A stretch of 32,000 nucleotides of DNA from an uncultured Candidatus Saccharibacteria bacterium (GCA_964543385.1 CAZIYE010000001.1:450001-482000), one strand, 5' to 3'; positions 1-8,618 are shown, counted from the stretch's first letter. The notes: a model not told the origin generated them from the sequence alone. Numbers and translations: made by a program.

Positions 1-1
1 C

Positions 2-1393
2 CCAGAAGATATTGAAGCAATAGAGATTGTGAAAAAGATTATCGGCAAAAAGGTTTTGCCAAAGCTGACAACTGAAACTGACCTAAACCACGTTTTGGAC
101 CAATACCAAGGTTTCGAAAGTGAGGTGAAGGAAGCGATTGAAGATGTTGAAGATAAAGATCATAAAAAAGAAGAAGATCAAAAATCTGCGTCGATAATAT
201 CAAGCTCCGCGCCAGCATCTAGGATTGTTAGTTCGCTATTAAAACGAGCCATTAGAGATAAGGCATCAGACATACATATAGAACCATATGAGGATGAAGT
301 GACTGTACGTTTTCGTATTGATGGCGTCCTACATAAGAAAGTATCTCTGCCAAAAGATATTCAGCAAGCAGTAGTTTCACGCATCAAAATTTTATCAAAC
401 CTAAAAATAGACGAGCAACGTCTACCACAAGATGGACGCTTTAGTATTATGGCAGACAACCGTAAAGTTGATTTTCGTGTCTCAACCATGCCAATTGCAA
501 ATGGCGAAAAAGTAGTTATGAGAATCTTGGATAAGCTCTCAGGGATAATTTCAATTGATGACCTAGGCTTTCGAGAAAGAGATTTTTCTCTTATCAATAA
601 TAGCTGCCAAAAATCTCATGGAATGATCTTAGTAACTGGCCCTACTGGATCGGGCAAGACAACAACTCTTTACGCCCTGATACAGAAAATATACAGCGAA
701 GGTATTAATATCATTACTTTAGAGGACCCTATCGAATACCAAATCCCCGGCATTAATCAGAGCCAGGTGAATGCGGAAATAGATTACACTTTTGCCTCCG
801 GCCTGCGCTCCATTTTACGTCAAGACCCGGATGTCGTTATGATTGGAGAGATAAGAGATAGAGAAACAGCTGAGATGGCCGTACACGCAGCCTTGACTGG
901 TCATGTTGTTCTTTCCACACTTCATACCAATGATTCTGCAGGCGCAATTCCTAGATTAGTAGATATGAATATAGAACCATTTCTATTAAATTCATCTCTA
1001 AATCTGATTCTAGCCCAAAGATTAGCGAGAAGAATTTGTGATTCCTGCAAAGAAGAAATAAATCCATCCCAAGACCAATTAAAACTAATTAAGAATGAAT
1101 TAGACAAAATGCCCCGTGAAGAAAAGGCAAAAATCGGTAATAAAATTAAATTTTACAAGGGCAAGGGCTGTAAAGATTGTTCCAATACTGGATATAAAGG
1201 CAGAATAGGAATTTATGAAGTGCTTGAAGTTGATAAGAAGATAAAAGATTTAGTCGCCAATAAAGCGTCGTCGAATGGGATTGAGGAGAGTGCTATTCAA
1301 AATGGCATGACGACAATGATACAAGATGGAATTTTAAAAGCAATCAGCGGTCTTACTACAATTGAAGAAGTATGGAGGGTCACCAAGGAATAA
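2..1393 (+). CDS. pilB: Type IV pilus assembly (extension) ATPase, GspE/PilB family; 5'-truncated by window edge
   Basis: The frame is open from nt 2 (PEDIEAIEIVKK...), so the GTG at 29 is probably internal. Walker A GPTGSGKTTT, Asp box DPDVVMIGEIRD and His box TGHVVLSTLHTN are present, as is the C-terminal tetracysteine CDSC...CKDC typical of PilB/GspE. It is followed by pilC-pilM-pilN-pilO. Confidence 0.9.
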   Translation, partial: PEDIEAIEIVKKIIGKKVLPKLTTETDLNHVLDQYQGFESEVKEAIEDVEDKDHKKEEDQKSASIISSSAPASRIVSSLLKRAIRDKASDIHIEPYEDEVTVRFRIDGVLHKKVSLPKDIQQAVVSRIKILSNLKIDEQRLPQDGRFSIMADNRKVDFRVSTMPIANGEKVVMRILDKLSGIISIDDLGFRERDFSLINNSCQKSHGMILVTGPTGSGKTTTLYALIQKIYSEGINIITLEDPIEYQIPGINQSQVNAEIDYTFASGLRSILRQDPDVVMIGEIRDRETAEMAVHAALTGHVVLSTLHTNDSAGAIPRLVDMNIEPFLLNSSLNLILAQRLARRICDSCKEEINPSQDQLKLIKNELDKMPREEKAKIGNKIKFYKGKGCKDCSNTGYKGRIGIYEVLEVDKKIKDLVANKASSNGIEESAIQNGMTTMIQDGILKAISGLTTIEEVWRVTKE

Positions 1394-1394
1394 A

Positions 1395-2597
1395 ATGCTT
1401 TTTTACTACCAAGCAAAAAACAGCAAAGGGGAAACAAAAAGCGATTACTTAGAGACAAACGACAAGGCGTCTGCTTTGGCATCCCTAAAACAAAATGGGC
1501 TTTATGTAGTAAAAATTATTGAAAAGGATAAGGAAGATAGAATATCTAAGATGTTTTCGAGAAATAAGATTCCCTTAAAAGATAAAATTATATTCACAAA
1601 GCAGCTTGGGATAATGATAAGGTCAGGTCTATCAATTTTAGATGCTCTGAAATCTCTCCAAGAGGAGTCTTCTAACAAGAAAATGGAGACGATAATACTC
1701 AATTTGATCTCCGAAATTGAAGGGGGATCCCCGCTTTCAAAGGCACTTGCAAACCACAGAGAGGTATTTGGTGACATTTATATCAGCATGGTCCAATCTG
1801 GCGAAAAATCAGGAAAAGTTGATACTGTTCTAGAACGCTTGAACACTCAATTAGAGAATGATTATGATCTTCAAAGAAAAATTAAAGGAGCCCTTTCCTA
1901 TCCAATCTTTATACTTGTGACTATGATTGCGGTCGTATCTTTAGTAATCGTCTTAATCATTCCACAATTGAAAGTAATCTTCGATGATGCAGGGATCAGT
2001 TTGCCGCTACTTACCAGAATGATGATAGGTCTCAGTATGCTTTTGAAACAATATGGTATCTTCGCAGTCGCTATAATAGGCCTTCTTGTTTTTCTGGCAG
2101 CAAGATGGCGCAAAACCAATACAGGCAAATATTTCTTTGATAAAATTATACTGTCTATTCCAATTTTTGGTTCGTTGATCAAAAAGGCTTATATGGCACG
2201 CTTTACCAGGACTTTTGCTGCCCTCACATCCTCAGGTCTACCATTATTAGAAGTTTTTAAATCATCAGGCCAAGTTATCGGCAACGTTTTGTATGAAGAT
2301 GAAATAAAGAAGATGTCGCGAAAAGTAGAGGATGGCGAGCAATTATCTTCAGTGTTTAAAAAAAGCAAAATGTTCCCAAGTATAATTGGTCAACTTTCAG
2401 CAGTAGGCGAAAAGTCTGGAAATATAGACGAGGTTTTCGATAGTATCGCCGACTTCTTTGATAGAGAAGTCGATGGAATTACAGGCAACCTATCTAGCCT
2501 TCTAGAGCCAATTCTAATGGTCGTTATAGGAGCAGGCATAGGCCTAGTAGTAATATCTGTTTTACAACCAATTTATAGTTTAGTTAACGCAATTTAA
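1395..2597 (+). CDS. pilC: Type IV pilus platform protein, GspF/PilC family
   Basis: The N-terminus MLFYYQAKNSKGE...LKQNGLYVVKI is typical of PilC. There are two GspF-like repeats, each followed by TM helices. The ATG at 1395 lies 1 nt after the pilB stop and is preferred over track start 1362, which overlaps pilB by 32 nt. Confidence 0.9.
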   Translation: MLFYYQAKNSKGETKSDYLETNDKASALASLKQNGLYVVKIIEKDKEDRISKMFSRNKIPLKDKIIFTKQLGIMIRSGLSILDALKSLQEESSNKKMETIILNLISEIEGGSPLSKALANHREVFGDIYISMVQSGEKSGKVDTVLERLNTQLENDYDLQRKIKGALSYPIFILVTMIAVVSLVIVLIIPQLKVIFDDAGISLPLLTRMMIGLSMLLKQYGIFAVAIIGLLVFLAARWRKTNTGKYFFDKIILSIPIFGSLIKKAYMARFTRTFAALTSSGLPLLEVFKSSGQVIGNVLYEDEIKKMSRKVEDGEQLSSVFKKSKMFPSIIGQLSAVGEKSGNIDEVFDSIADFFDREVDGITGNLSSLLEPILMVVIGAGIGLVVISVLQPIYSLVNAI

Positions 2598-3596
2598 ATG
2601 ATAAACTTTTCAATCAAAAATTCGAATCCGATACTTGGCCTAGACATCGGCTATCAGACCTTGAAACTTGTTCAGATTAAACAGACCAAGCATGGGTCAT
2701 CTTTAATTGGCGCTATAGAGATACCATTGGAACAAAAAATTTTAGACAAAGACAAATTTCGCAATAAAGCAGACACTGCTAATCTGATAAAAGAAGCAAT
2801 AAAAGAGGCTAAGCCAAATTCAATAACAGCAAGAAGAATCGTGTCAGCACTTCCAGAAACTTTTGTTTTCAGCAAAACTGTACAAATGCCCAAGATGACA
2901 CAACAGGAATATTTGGCGGCAATACCAAATGAAATTGCAGGTTTTCTTCCTATCCCAATCAATGATGTTTATTTTGACTATCAAGTCCTTGTCGCTCATC
3001 CTGATGAGCCCTTAAATGATATATTGGTTGTCGCAACGCCAAAGAGATTAGTCGATGATTACGTCGAGATGGCACAGCTCGCTGGCCTAGAACTTGTAGC
3101 TTTGGAAACCAAACCATTGGCGGTTGGCAGAGCAATAATTGGAGATGATGACAAGAGTGGATCACTTGTCATCCATATAGGGACTGAATACTCTAGAATC
3201 GCTATTTGGGATGACGGCAATTTGAAACTAACAACCACCGTTAACACTGGACAGAATCAACTTCTAGAAAGCCTGGGATATACAGGAAAGCTGGATAAAA
3301 AAGAGATTAAACTAAGCGAAGCAAGTGAAAAAGATATTGCTATACCTTTAAATAATATTATTGAAGAAGCAATAAATGCCATTAAATATCATCTCAACAG
3401 AGGATATAAACCAAAACCAATTAGCAAAATTATGCTTTGTGGATCTGGTATATTAATAAGCGGTCTTGATAATTTAGTAGAAAAAGAAATCAAGATTAAA
3501 ACTGAGATCGAGAAAATAAAATTGACAGGCAAGGAATCATTGCAGCCACAATATATTGCAGCTTATGGTTTGGCTCTAAGAAAAGAGGAGGAATAA
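2598..3596 (+). CDS. pilM: Type IV pilus assembly protein PilM (actin-like ATPase fold)
   Basis: ILGLDIGYQTLKLVQIK phosphate-1-like motif. About 330 aa. Starts immediately after the pilC stop (TAAATG). Position between pilC and pilN. Confidence 0.8.
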   Translation: MINFSIKNSNPILGLDIGYQTLKLVQIKQTKHGSSLIGAIEIPLEQKILDKDKFRNKADTANLIKEAIKEAKPNSITARRIVSALPETFVFSKTVQMPKMTQQEYLAAIPNEIAGFLPIPINDVYFDYQVLVAHPDEPLNDILVVATPKRLVDDYVEMAQLAGLELVALETKPLAVGRAIIGDDDKSGSLVIHIGTEYSRIAIWDDGNLKLTTTVNTGQNQLLESLGYTGKLDKKEIKLSEASEKDIAIPLNNIIEEAINAIKYHLNRGYKPKPISKIMLCGSGILISGLDNLVEKEIKIKTEIEKIKLTGKESLQPQYIAAYGLALRKEEE

Positions 3597-3597
3597 T

Positions 3598-4134
3598 ATG
3601 ACAATCAACCTAATCCCTCCAGCATTAAAAAAACAAAAAGAATTAGCTGCCATTTCTAATCAAATAATCTTTGGTTTGTGCGTCATTTTAATTATGCTGG
3701 GAATAATGTCTGGGGCTATATTTGTTTATAATTCGACTTTGACAAAAGACATCTCCAAGACCGATCAAGATATCTTAGAGCAAAGCAAAAGGCTAAAAAG
3801 CTTTAAGGATTTAGAAGCATTAATCAAGACGGCCAATCAAAAGCTCGATAAAATCGATGATATCTCAAAAGGGAGAATGATTTGGAGCAAAATCATTGTA
3901 GAAATTTCAAATTTTACTCCGAAAGGAGTACAAATTAAAACTATGGATTTAAATCAGGACACAAATAACGGTGTGCTTTCAGGAGTCGCCACAACGCGCA
4001 AAGATATTGCATTGTTTAAGGAAAAATTAGAGAAAGGTGGCTTTAAGAACGTCACATTTACATCTTCATCGTATAATCAAAATACAAACGATTATACTTT
4101 TTCTCTTTCGGTTGGATTGGAGGGAAAACAATGA
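3598..4134 (+). CDS. pilN: PilN-like bitopic pilus alignment protein
   Basis: N-terminal INLIPP motif followed by a single TM, then a coiled-coil and a small C-terminal domain. The SD GGAGGA lies upstream. ATGA overlap with the next gene. Confidence 0.65.
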   Translation: MTINLIPPALKKQKELAAISNQIIFGLCVILIMLGIMSGAIFVYNSTLTKDISKTDQDILEQSKRLKSFKDLEALIKTANQKLDKIDDISKGRMIWSKIIVEISNFTPKGVQIKTMDLNQDTNNGVLSGVATTRKDIALFKEKLEKGGFKNVTFTSSSYNQNTNDYTFSLSVGLEGKQ

Positions 4135-4679
4135 ACTCAATCAAAACGACAATATTTTATCTCCTTTTAATTTGTTCACTGGTTACGATACTCATCGTAT
4201 TTATATTGCTACCTACCGTTACAAATATAAACGAGAATAAAAAGATTCTTTCAAGCAAACAAACAGAGTTTATGGATAATGAAGAGAAAATATCTATTTT
4301 AAGAGGCCTACAGAAGAATCCTAGCGACCTTAAAATAAGGATTGATAAGATCAACAATCTTTGGCCTACAAACAGCGAGATAAGCGGTTTCATTGTAAAC
4401 TTGGAGAATATCGCTGTTGCGCAAGATATAAACTTAAAAAATATTTCCATGTCTGAACCAAAAGCTGTTTCTGATAGCAAAAAAGACTCAAAAAACAAGA
4501 AAAAGATGTCCATTCAATTCTCCTTTGACACTCAAGCTGCTTTCAATCAAAGCCTGACAATAGTTAAAGACATGGAGACACTTAGCCGTTTTAATTCTAT
4601 TAAACAGATCAATTTGACCAGAGGTGATGAAGGGTTGGTTTTCATGAAAGTAACAGGGAATGTCTACTATGGCGAATAA
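4131..4679 (+). CDS. pilO: PilO-like bitopic pilus alignment protein
   Basis: Single N-terminal TM, coiled-coil, then a ferredoxin-like C-terminal region (FSFDTQAAF...MKVTGNVYY). Synteny after pilM and pilN. Confidence 0.55.
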   Translation: MNSIKTTIFYLLLICSLVTILIVFILLPTVTNINENKKILSSKQTEFMDNEEKISILRGLQKNPSDLKIRIDKINNLWPTNSEISGFIVNLENIAVAQDINLKNISMSEPKAVSDSKKDSKNKKKMSIQFSFDTQAAFNQSLTIVKDMETLSRFNSIKQINLTRGDEGLVFMKVTGNVYYGE

Positions 4680-4923
4680 AACGAAAAACGATATCACCGC
4701 ATTGATTATAGTTACAATGGTTATAATAATCGGATTTTTTCTAATTTTTTGGTTTTATTCGATAGTATCAACACTAGGAGTACAATCGGAAGACATAAGC
4801 AAAACTTTAGAGATAAAGGATGCTATTGTAGAGCAAATAACTAGTCAAAATGCCCAAAACACTCCGCTATTGCTCGAAGGAAATGACTTTGGCAGAGAAA
4901 ATCCTTTTGGCAAAATAAATTAA
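4660..4923 (+). CDS. Small bitopic membrane protein, last gene of the pilus operon (function unknown)
   Basis: 87-aa ORF overlapping the pilO end (alternative ATG at 4669). One strong TM (ALIIVTMVIIIGFFLIFWFYSIV). Followed by a terminator. Occupies the slot where diderms have pilP/pilQ. Confidence 0.5.
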   Translation: MSTMANKTKNDITALIIVTMVIIIGFFLIFWFYSIVSTLGVQSEDISKTLEIKDAIVEQITSQNAQNTPLLLEGNDFGRENPFGKIN

Positions 4924-4925
4924 AT

Positions 4926-4968
4926 ATAAATAAAAAATACCCATATTTTCAGGGTATTTTTTATTTAT
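4926..4968. terminator. Bidirectional intrinsic terminator between the convergent pilus operon and the receiver gene
   Basis: Perfect inverted repeat ATAAATAAAAAATACCC (4926-4942) / GGGTATTTTTTATTTAT (4952-4968) with a 9-nt loop. A/T tracts lie on both sides. Confidence 0.75.
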
Positions 4969-4987
4969 ATAAAGAAGAGCTAAATGT

Positions 4988-5368
4988 TCACCTCAAAGAT
5001 AAAGACTTCTCAATAGCATCTATAACTTGAGCCGGCATTATTTCACTTTTGATAAGATATTGATCATACGGCTTCATCATATTTTTGATCTTATTTATTT
5101 CTTGTACAAGTGCTGTCAACAATATTACTGGGATATTAGCTGTTTTTTCATCCTCCCGAATCTTCTTCATGACATCAATACCATTAATCTTTGGCATCAT
5201 AATGTCTAACAAAATGACATCAGGCATATCTTTGTATACCTTCTCAATAGCCTCTTCGCCATCATAAGCAGAAACAATGCTATATCCCTCTGCTCTTAGC
5301 CTTTCAGCATACATCTCGTGCAAAGTCATATCGTCATCTACTAATAGAATTTTAGCGCTGGTTGCCAT
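4988..5368 (-). CDS. Stand-alone response-regulator receiver (CheY-like) protein
   Basis: ILLVDDD acidic pocket, phospho-acceptor LLDIMMP, LLTA and conserved K (YLIKS). 126 aa with no output domain. The AGGAGG SD overlaps the upstream gene's TAG stop. Confidence 0.85.
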   Translation of the reverse strand: MATSAKILLVDDDMTLHEMYAERLRAEGYSIVSAYDGEEAIEKVYKDMPDVILLDIMMPKINGIDVMKKIREDEKTANIPVILLTALVQEINKIKNMMKPYDQYLIKSEIMPAQVIDAIEKSLSLR

Positions 5369-5376
5369 TTTGCCTC

Positions 5377-6507
5377 CTAATCAGGTTTTTGATAAATTAC
5401 GTAGTCAAATAAATCATACAACGTACCGGATTGGCGGTCAATATTAGCACTGATAGTTCTCGTAGCACCGCTATAATAACCCGTTGAGATAATATTTGTA
5501 ACTGGACCAGGAATTACGTTGGTTTTTGTTTGGTTCAAGCAGGTTAAACTAGTAGCACACTGCATCGTAGATAACCCGATATAAGCGTCGTAAAATAAAG
5601 GTTTCATGGAGAGAGTTACTTTTGCAGGAGCAACTATGGGTTTTGTGCCAAATTGGGATTCAAATACAGAAATTAAATTATCCTTATGCCAAACAATATC
5701 ACCATTAGAAATACTGTTTGCTATTATTAGTTCATTTGGACAGCTAAGATCAGCTCCCCTGCCAAGGACTACGCAAGTGCTAGCTGCAGTCGCTGATGTT
5801 ATAATTGTTTTATATTCCCTGATATCCGTTCCTGTCCCAGTATAGTCAACTGTCAATTTTGCATACATTATAGCTTTCTTCTGGAAGTCAGGATCAGGAG
5901 ATGCAGGGCTCAAATATTTTGTCATTATTCTTATATCATTGTTTATGCCAGAATCAGCAAAATTGAGTTTACTTAAATCTATTTTGTAAGTTTCATCCCT
6001 CATCATTTTAAGAAATCCGTACTTGCCGCTACCATAGTTAGGGTCGAGAAGATCGATGGTGTTAAATGCTTCATCACCGTTAATATTATGACCATAAAGT
6101 GGAATAGATATGGTTCCGGCGAATCCCATCCTTAAATCATAAACCTGTTGATTTATATAAGTAGATGAGATTGTAGTGGTCTTGGCTATTCCACCATAAC
6201 CTGTGCCACGTGTAGTAATTGGTGATGGCACGTTAAGATATGATCTAAAAACCATATTTTCACCGACTTTCCAATCATAAGTAGCTGTGCCATCGCCATA
6301 AGGAATCTCTGCATTTCTATCATATCTGTATCTCAGGAAACCTTCCTCTATGCCGGACTCAGCTGCATAATAAGCACTAATACCATTTTCTGTAATACTG
6401 GCATTTCTGGATTCAATCAGAAATATACGGCCAAAAGAAAAAGCCAAACCGCCAATAGCTGCGACTAAGAATACTGCGATTACGATAGCTGAACCCCTCT
6501 GTTTCAT
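5377..6507 (-). CDS. PilX-N-like putative pilus-associated protein (large minor-pilin/tip-like)
   Basis: The start is chosen at the ATG at 6507 (SD AAGAGG upstream). The N-terminus MKQRGSAIVIAVFLVAAIGGLAFS...AYYAAESGIEEG resembles the PilX N-terminal domain (QRG + hydrophobic helix + AEAG helix). Two Cys pairs (CVVLGRGADLSC, CATSLTC) lie in the C-terminal part. The 38-aa extension in the track (to 6621) would overlap the kinase gene. Confidence 0.55.
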   Translation of the reverse strand: MKQRGSAIVIAVFLVAAIGGLAFSFGRIFLIESRNASITENGISAYYAAESGIEEGFLRYRYDRNAEIPYGDGTATYDWKVGENMVFRSYLNVPSPITTRGTGYGGIAKTTTISSTYINQQVYDLRMGFAGTISIPLYGHNINGDEAFNTIDLLDPNYGSGKYGFLKMMRDETYKIDLSKLNFADSGINNDIRIMTKYLSPASPDPDFQKKAIMYAKLTVDYTGTGTDIREYKTIITSATAASTCVVLGRGADLSCPNELIIANSISNGDIVWHKDNLISVFESQFGTKPIVAPAKVTLSMKPLFYDAYIGLSTMQCATSLTCLNQTKTNVIPGPVTNIISTGYYSGATRTISANIDRQSGTLYDLFDYVIYQKPD

Positions 6508-6562
6508 CTCGGCCTCTTTATTTAAGTAAATTATAATCGAAATAAGAAAAGTTTGCAAAAGG

Positions 6563-6591
6563 TTATCAATCCAAAAGAATTTGGGTATAAT
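6563..6591 (+). promoter_or_regulatory. Putative sigma70-type promoter of the histidine kinase operon
   Basis: TTATCA (6563-6568), 17 nt spacer, then TATAAT (6586-6591). The ATG at 6601 lies only 9 nt after the -10 and has no SD. Confidence 0.4.
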
Positions 6592-6600
6592 GTTGATACC

Positions 6601-7884
6601 ATGAGAAAAAATCAAAGCCACCTTACCTGGGAAGCTATCACTTGGATATTGATTATCGCTCTCACTCTAACCACAGTGATATTTTTTCCGTGGTATATAG
6701 CCGGCAATGTATTGAGTATTATTCTTGGGATAGCAGTTGCCGCTACAGTTTTTTGGTATTTCAAAAGCAGACAGCTGTATTTGGAAAGTCAAGATAAGAG
6801 TAAAAAAATCTTGGCAGATCAAAAAGAAATTAAAAACCACCAAAAGACAATTGATCTGATTTATGAAAACTCCGCCGATGGTATTCTGATATTGGACAAT
6901 GAACAAAGGATAGAAAGCTTTTCCCCAGGCATGGAAAATATTACGGGATATGAGTCTCGTGAAGTTATTGGACTATTAGCAAAACAGGTTCTAAAATTTC
7001 GTGCGGAAAAAGGAGAAAGTCTTTTGCCGGATCTAATGTTTTTGCCAAAAGACATCAGAAAAAGACCTTATTCAAAAAGCTATATCACAACAAAAGAAGG
7101 GCGAGAAATAACTGTTGAGGCAAGTTACACCTCTATAAAAACAAAGGACGAACACAAAGCGATGGCTATTATCCGTGATGTTACTTATGCTGAAGATTTA
7201 GTGACGCGCGACAAGGAATTTATTGCCATTACATCTCATCAAATGAACACCCCTCTTTCAATAATGCGTGGCTATCTTTCTATGCTAATTAATGGCAAGG
7301 CCGGTAAAATTTCTGAAAATCAAAAAAAATATTTACAGGAGGTATATGATTCTACCAAGAAGCTTATATCCCTCACTAATAATCTACTATCGATATCAAG
7401 AATTGAGCAGGAAAAAGTTGTAATCGAAAAATCAGAATTATCAACTAAAGATCTAGCTGCGCAACTCCGGAAGAATGCGAATACAGAGGCTATAAGCAAA
7501 GAAGTTTCTCTGGAAATAGAAATGCCCGAGCCAGACTTTATTTTCTATGCAGATGAAGCAAAACTAGTCCAAGCATTATCAAACCTCATCGATAACGCTA
7601 TAAAATATACAAAAAAAGGCAAAATAAAAGTTTCCTTCAGCAAGAAAAGTGATTCTGTCACTATTTGTATCAGTGACACTGGTATCGGTATCCCTGACGC
7701 CGACACCGAAAAGATTGGGGAGAAATTTTACAGATCTCAAAATGCTATTGATACTGACAATAAGGGTACTGGTTTAGGATTATTCATTGCAAGAACTATA
7801 ATTGAAAAACACAATGGACAAATACAACTCAGTAGCAAAATAAATTCAGGAACAAAAATAACAATAAACTTACCAGTGAGGTGA
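6601..7884 (+). CDS. Membrane sensor histidine kinase with PAS domain
   Basis: Two N-terminal TMs. PAS-like IYENSADGILILDNEQRIESFSPGMENITGY. H-box ITSHQMNTPLSIMRGY, N-box LSNLIDNAIKYT, G1 DTGIGI, G2 GTGLGL. The track start TTG at 6553 is an alternative. Confidence 0.85.
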   Translation: MRKNQSHLTWEAITWILIIALTLTTVIFFPWYIAGNVLSIILGIAVAATVFWYFKSRQLYLESQDKSKKILADQKEIKNHQKTIDLIYENSADGILILDNEQRIESFSPGMENITGYESREVIGLLAKQVLKFRAEKGESLLPDLMFLPKDIRKRPYSKSYITTKEGREITVEASYTSIKTKDEHKAMAIIRDVTYAEDLVTRDKEFIAITSHQMNTPLSIMRGYLSMLINGKAGKISENQKKYLQEVYDSTKKLISLTNNLLSISRIEQEKVVIEKSELSTKDLAAQLRKNANTEAISKEVSLEIEMPEPDFIFYADEAKLVQALSNLIDNAIKYTKKGKIKVSFSKKSDSVTICISDTGIGIPDADTEKIGEKFYRSQNAIDTDNKGTGLGLFIARTIIEKHNGQIQLSSKINSGTKITINLPVR

Positions 7885-8258
7885 ATATGAACATGAGAGA
7901 CAAAAATATTTTAATAATTGACGATGAAGAACCAATACTTAGAATGTATTCTGCTTCGTTAAGTGAATACAATATTTTGACTGCTTCAAACGGAGAAGAG
8001 GGATTGGCAGTCGCAAAATCCGAGAAACCAGATCTGATTTATCTTGATATTATCATGCCTAAGATAAACGGCTTGGATGTACTCAAAAAACTGAAAGATG
8101 ATGATCAGACAAAGGAAATCCCTGTCATTCTCCTAACAAACTTGCCAGAGGAAGCGTCAAAAGACAAAGCCGAGGCGCTCGGCGCATATGATTACTTCGT
8201 AAAGGTTAATTATGAACCAGAAGACCTCCTCGAAGCGACAAAGAAGATATTGAAATAA
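7881..8258 (+). CDS. Stand-alone response-regulator receiver protein
   Basis: ILIIDDEE, phospho-acceptor YLDIIMP, LLTN and FVKV. No output domain. GTGA overlap with the kinase stop (alternative ATGs at 7887 and 7893 after GAGGTG). Confidence 0.85.
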   Translation: MNMNMRDKNILIIDDEEPILRMYSASLSEYNILTASNGEEGLAVAKSEKPDLIYLDIIMPKINGLDVLKKLKDDDQTKEIPVILLTNLPEEASKDKAEALGAYDYFVKVNYEPEDLLEATKKILK

Positions 8259-8284
8259 ACTTCTTATTATTTATAAAAACAATC

Positions 8285-8320
8285 AAAAAATGTTCTGAAT
8301 TTTTATTCAGAACATTTTTT
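8285..8320. terminator. Bidirectional intrinsic terminator (receiver gene on +, tRNA-Glu on -)
   Basis: AAAAAATGTTCTGAAT (8285-8300) / ATTCAGAACATTTTTT (8305-8320) with a 4-nt loop. Confidence 0.8.
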
Positions 8321-8394
8321 GGTAGCGTCATGGGGAATCGAACCCCAATTACCGCCGTGAGAGGGCGGCGTACTAACCGTTATACGATGACGCC
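8320..8394 (-). tRNA. tRNA-Glu (anticodon CUC), CCA encoded
   Basis: The reverse complement GGCGTCATCGTATAACGGTTAGTACGCCGCCCTCTCACGGCGGTAATTGGGGTTCGATTCCCCATGACGCTACCA folds as a cloverleaf. Anticodon stem CCGCC/GGCGG, loop CUCUCAC. T-arm GGGGTTCGATTCCCC. Confidence 0.85.
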
Positions 8395-8407
8395 ATAAAT
8401 CTTACTG

Positions 8408-8436
8408 ATTCTAACACTTTTGAGTATTTTTTTCAA
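8408..8436 (-). promoter_or_regulatory. Putative promoter of tRNA-Glu
   Basis: On the minus strand: TTGAAA (8436-8431), 17 nt spacer, then TGtTAGAAT (-10 at 8413-8408). It lies 13 nt upstream of the tRNA 5' end. Confidence 0.5.
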
Positions 8437-8618
8437 GAAGCAACACTCTTCAAATGGAACAAAGAGCGTTTACCTCTACAATGTTTTTTCCGGCATATTT
8501 CGTTGACGAATAAGGATTTGTTAATACATCAGTAGAAAAGGCCGCTTAGAGCTTCTTAAGATTTTACAACGGTATAATATCCCCATAATATTAATGGTAA
8601 TTTCACATAGAACAAGCA

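Noticed and set aside
4157-4513. 118-aa antisense ORF inside the pilO-like gene, and other 60-100-aa antisense ORFs inside pilB, pilC and pilM (for example 361-597, 1502-1777, 1898-2182 and 2672-2962).
   Set aside because: All are embedded antisense or out of frame within genes that have strong family signatures. They have no start signals and show low-complexity translations. They are typical shadow ORFs of AT-rich genomes.
6508-6621. Longer starts for the PilX-like gene (6621) and the kinase (TTG 6553), which would make the two divergent genes overlap by 69 nt.
   Set aside because: The internal ATGs (6507 with an AAGAGG SD; 6601 behind a TATAAT box) remove the overlap. They also place the PilX-like QRG-plus-hydrophobic N-terminus and the kinase's first TM at sensible positions. 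The extensions encode implausible hydrophobic or odd sequence.
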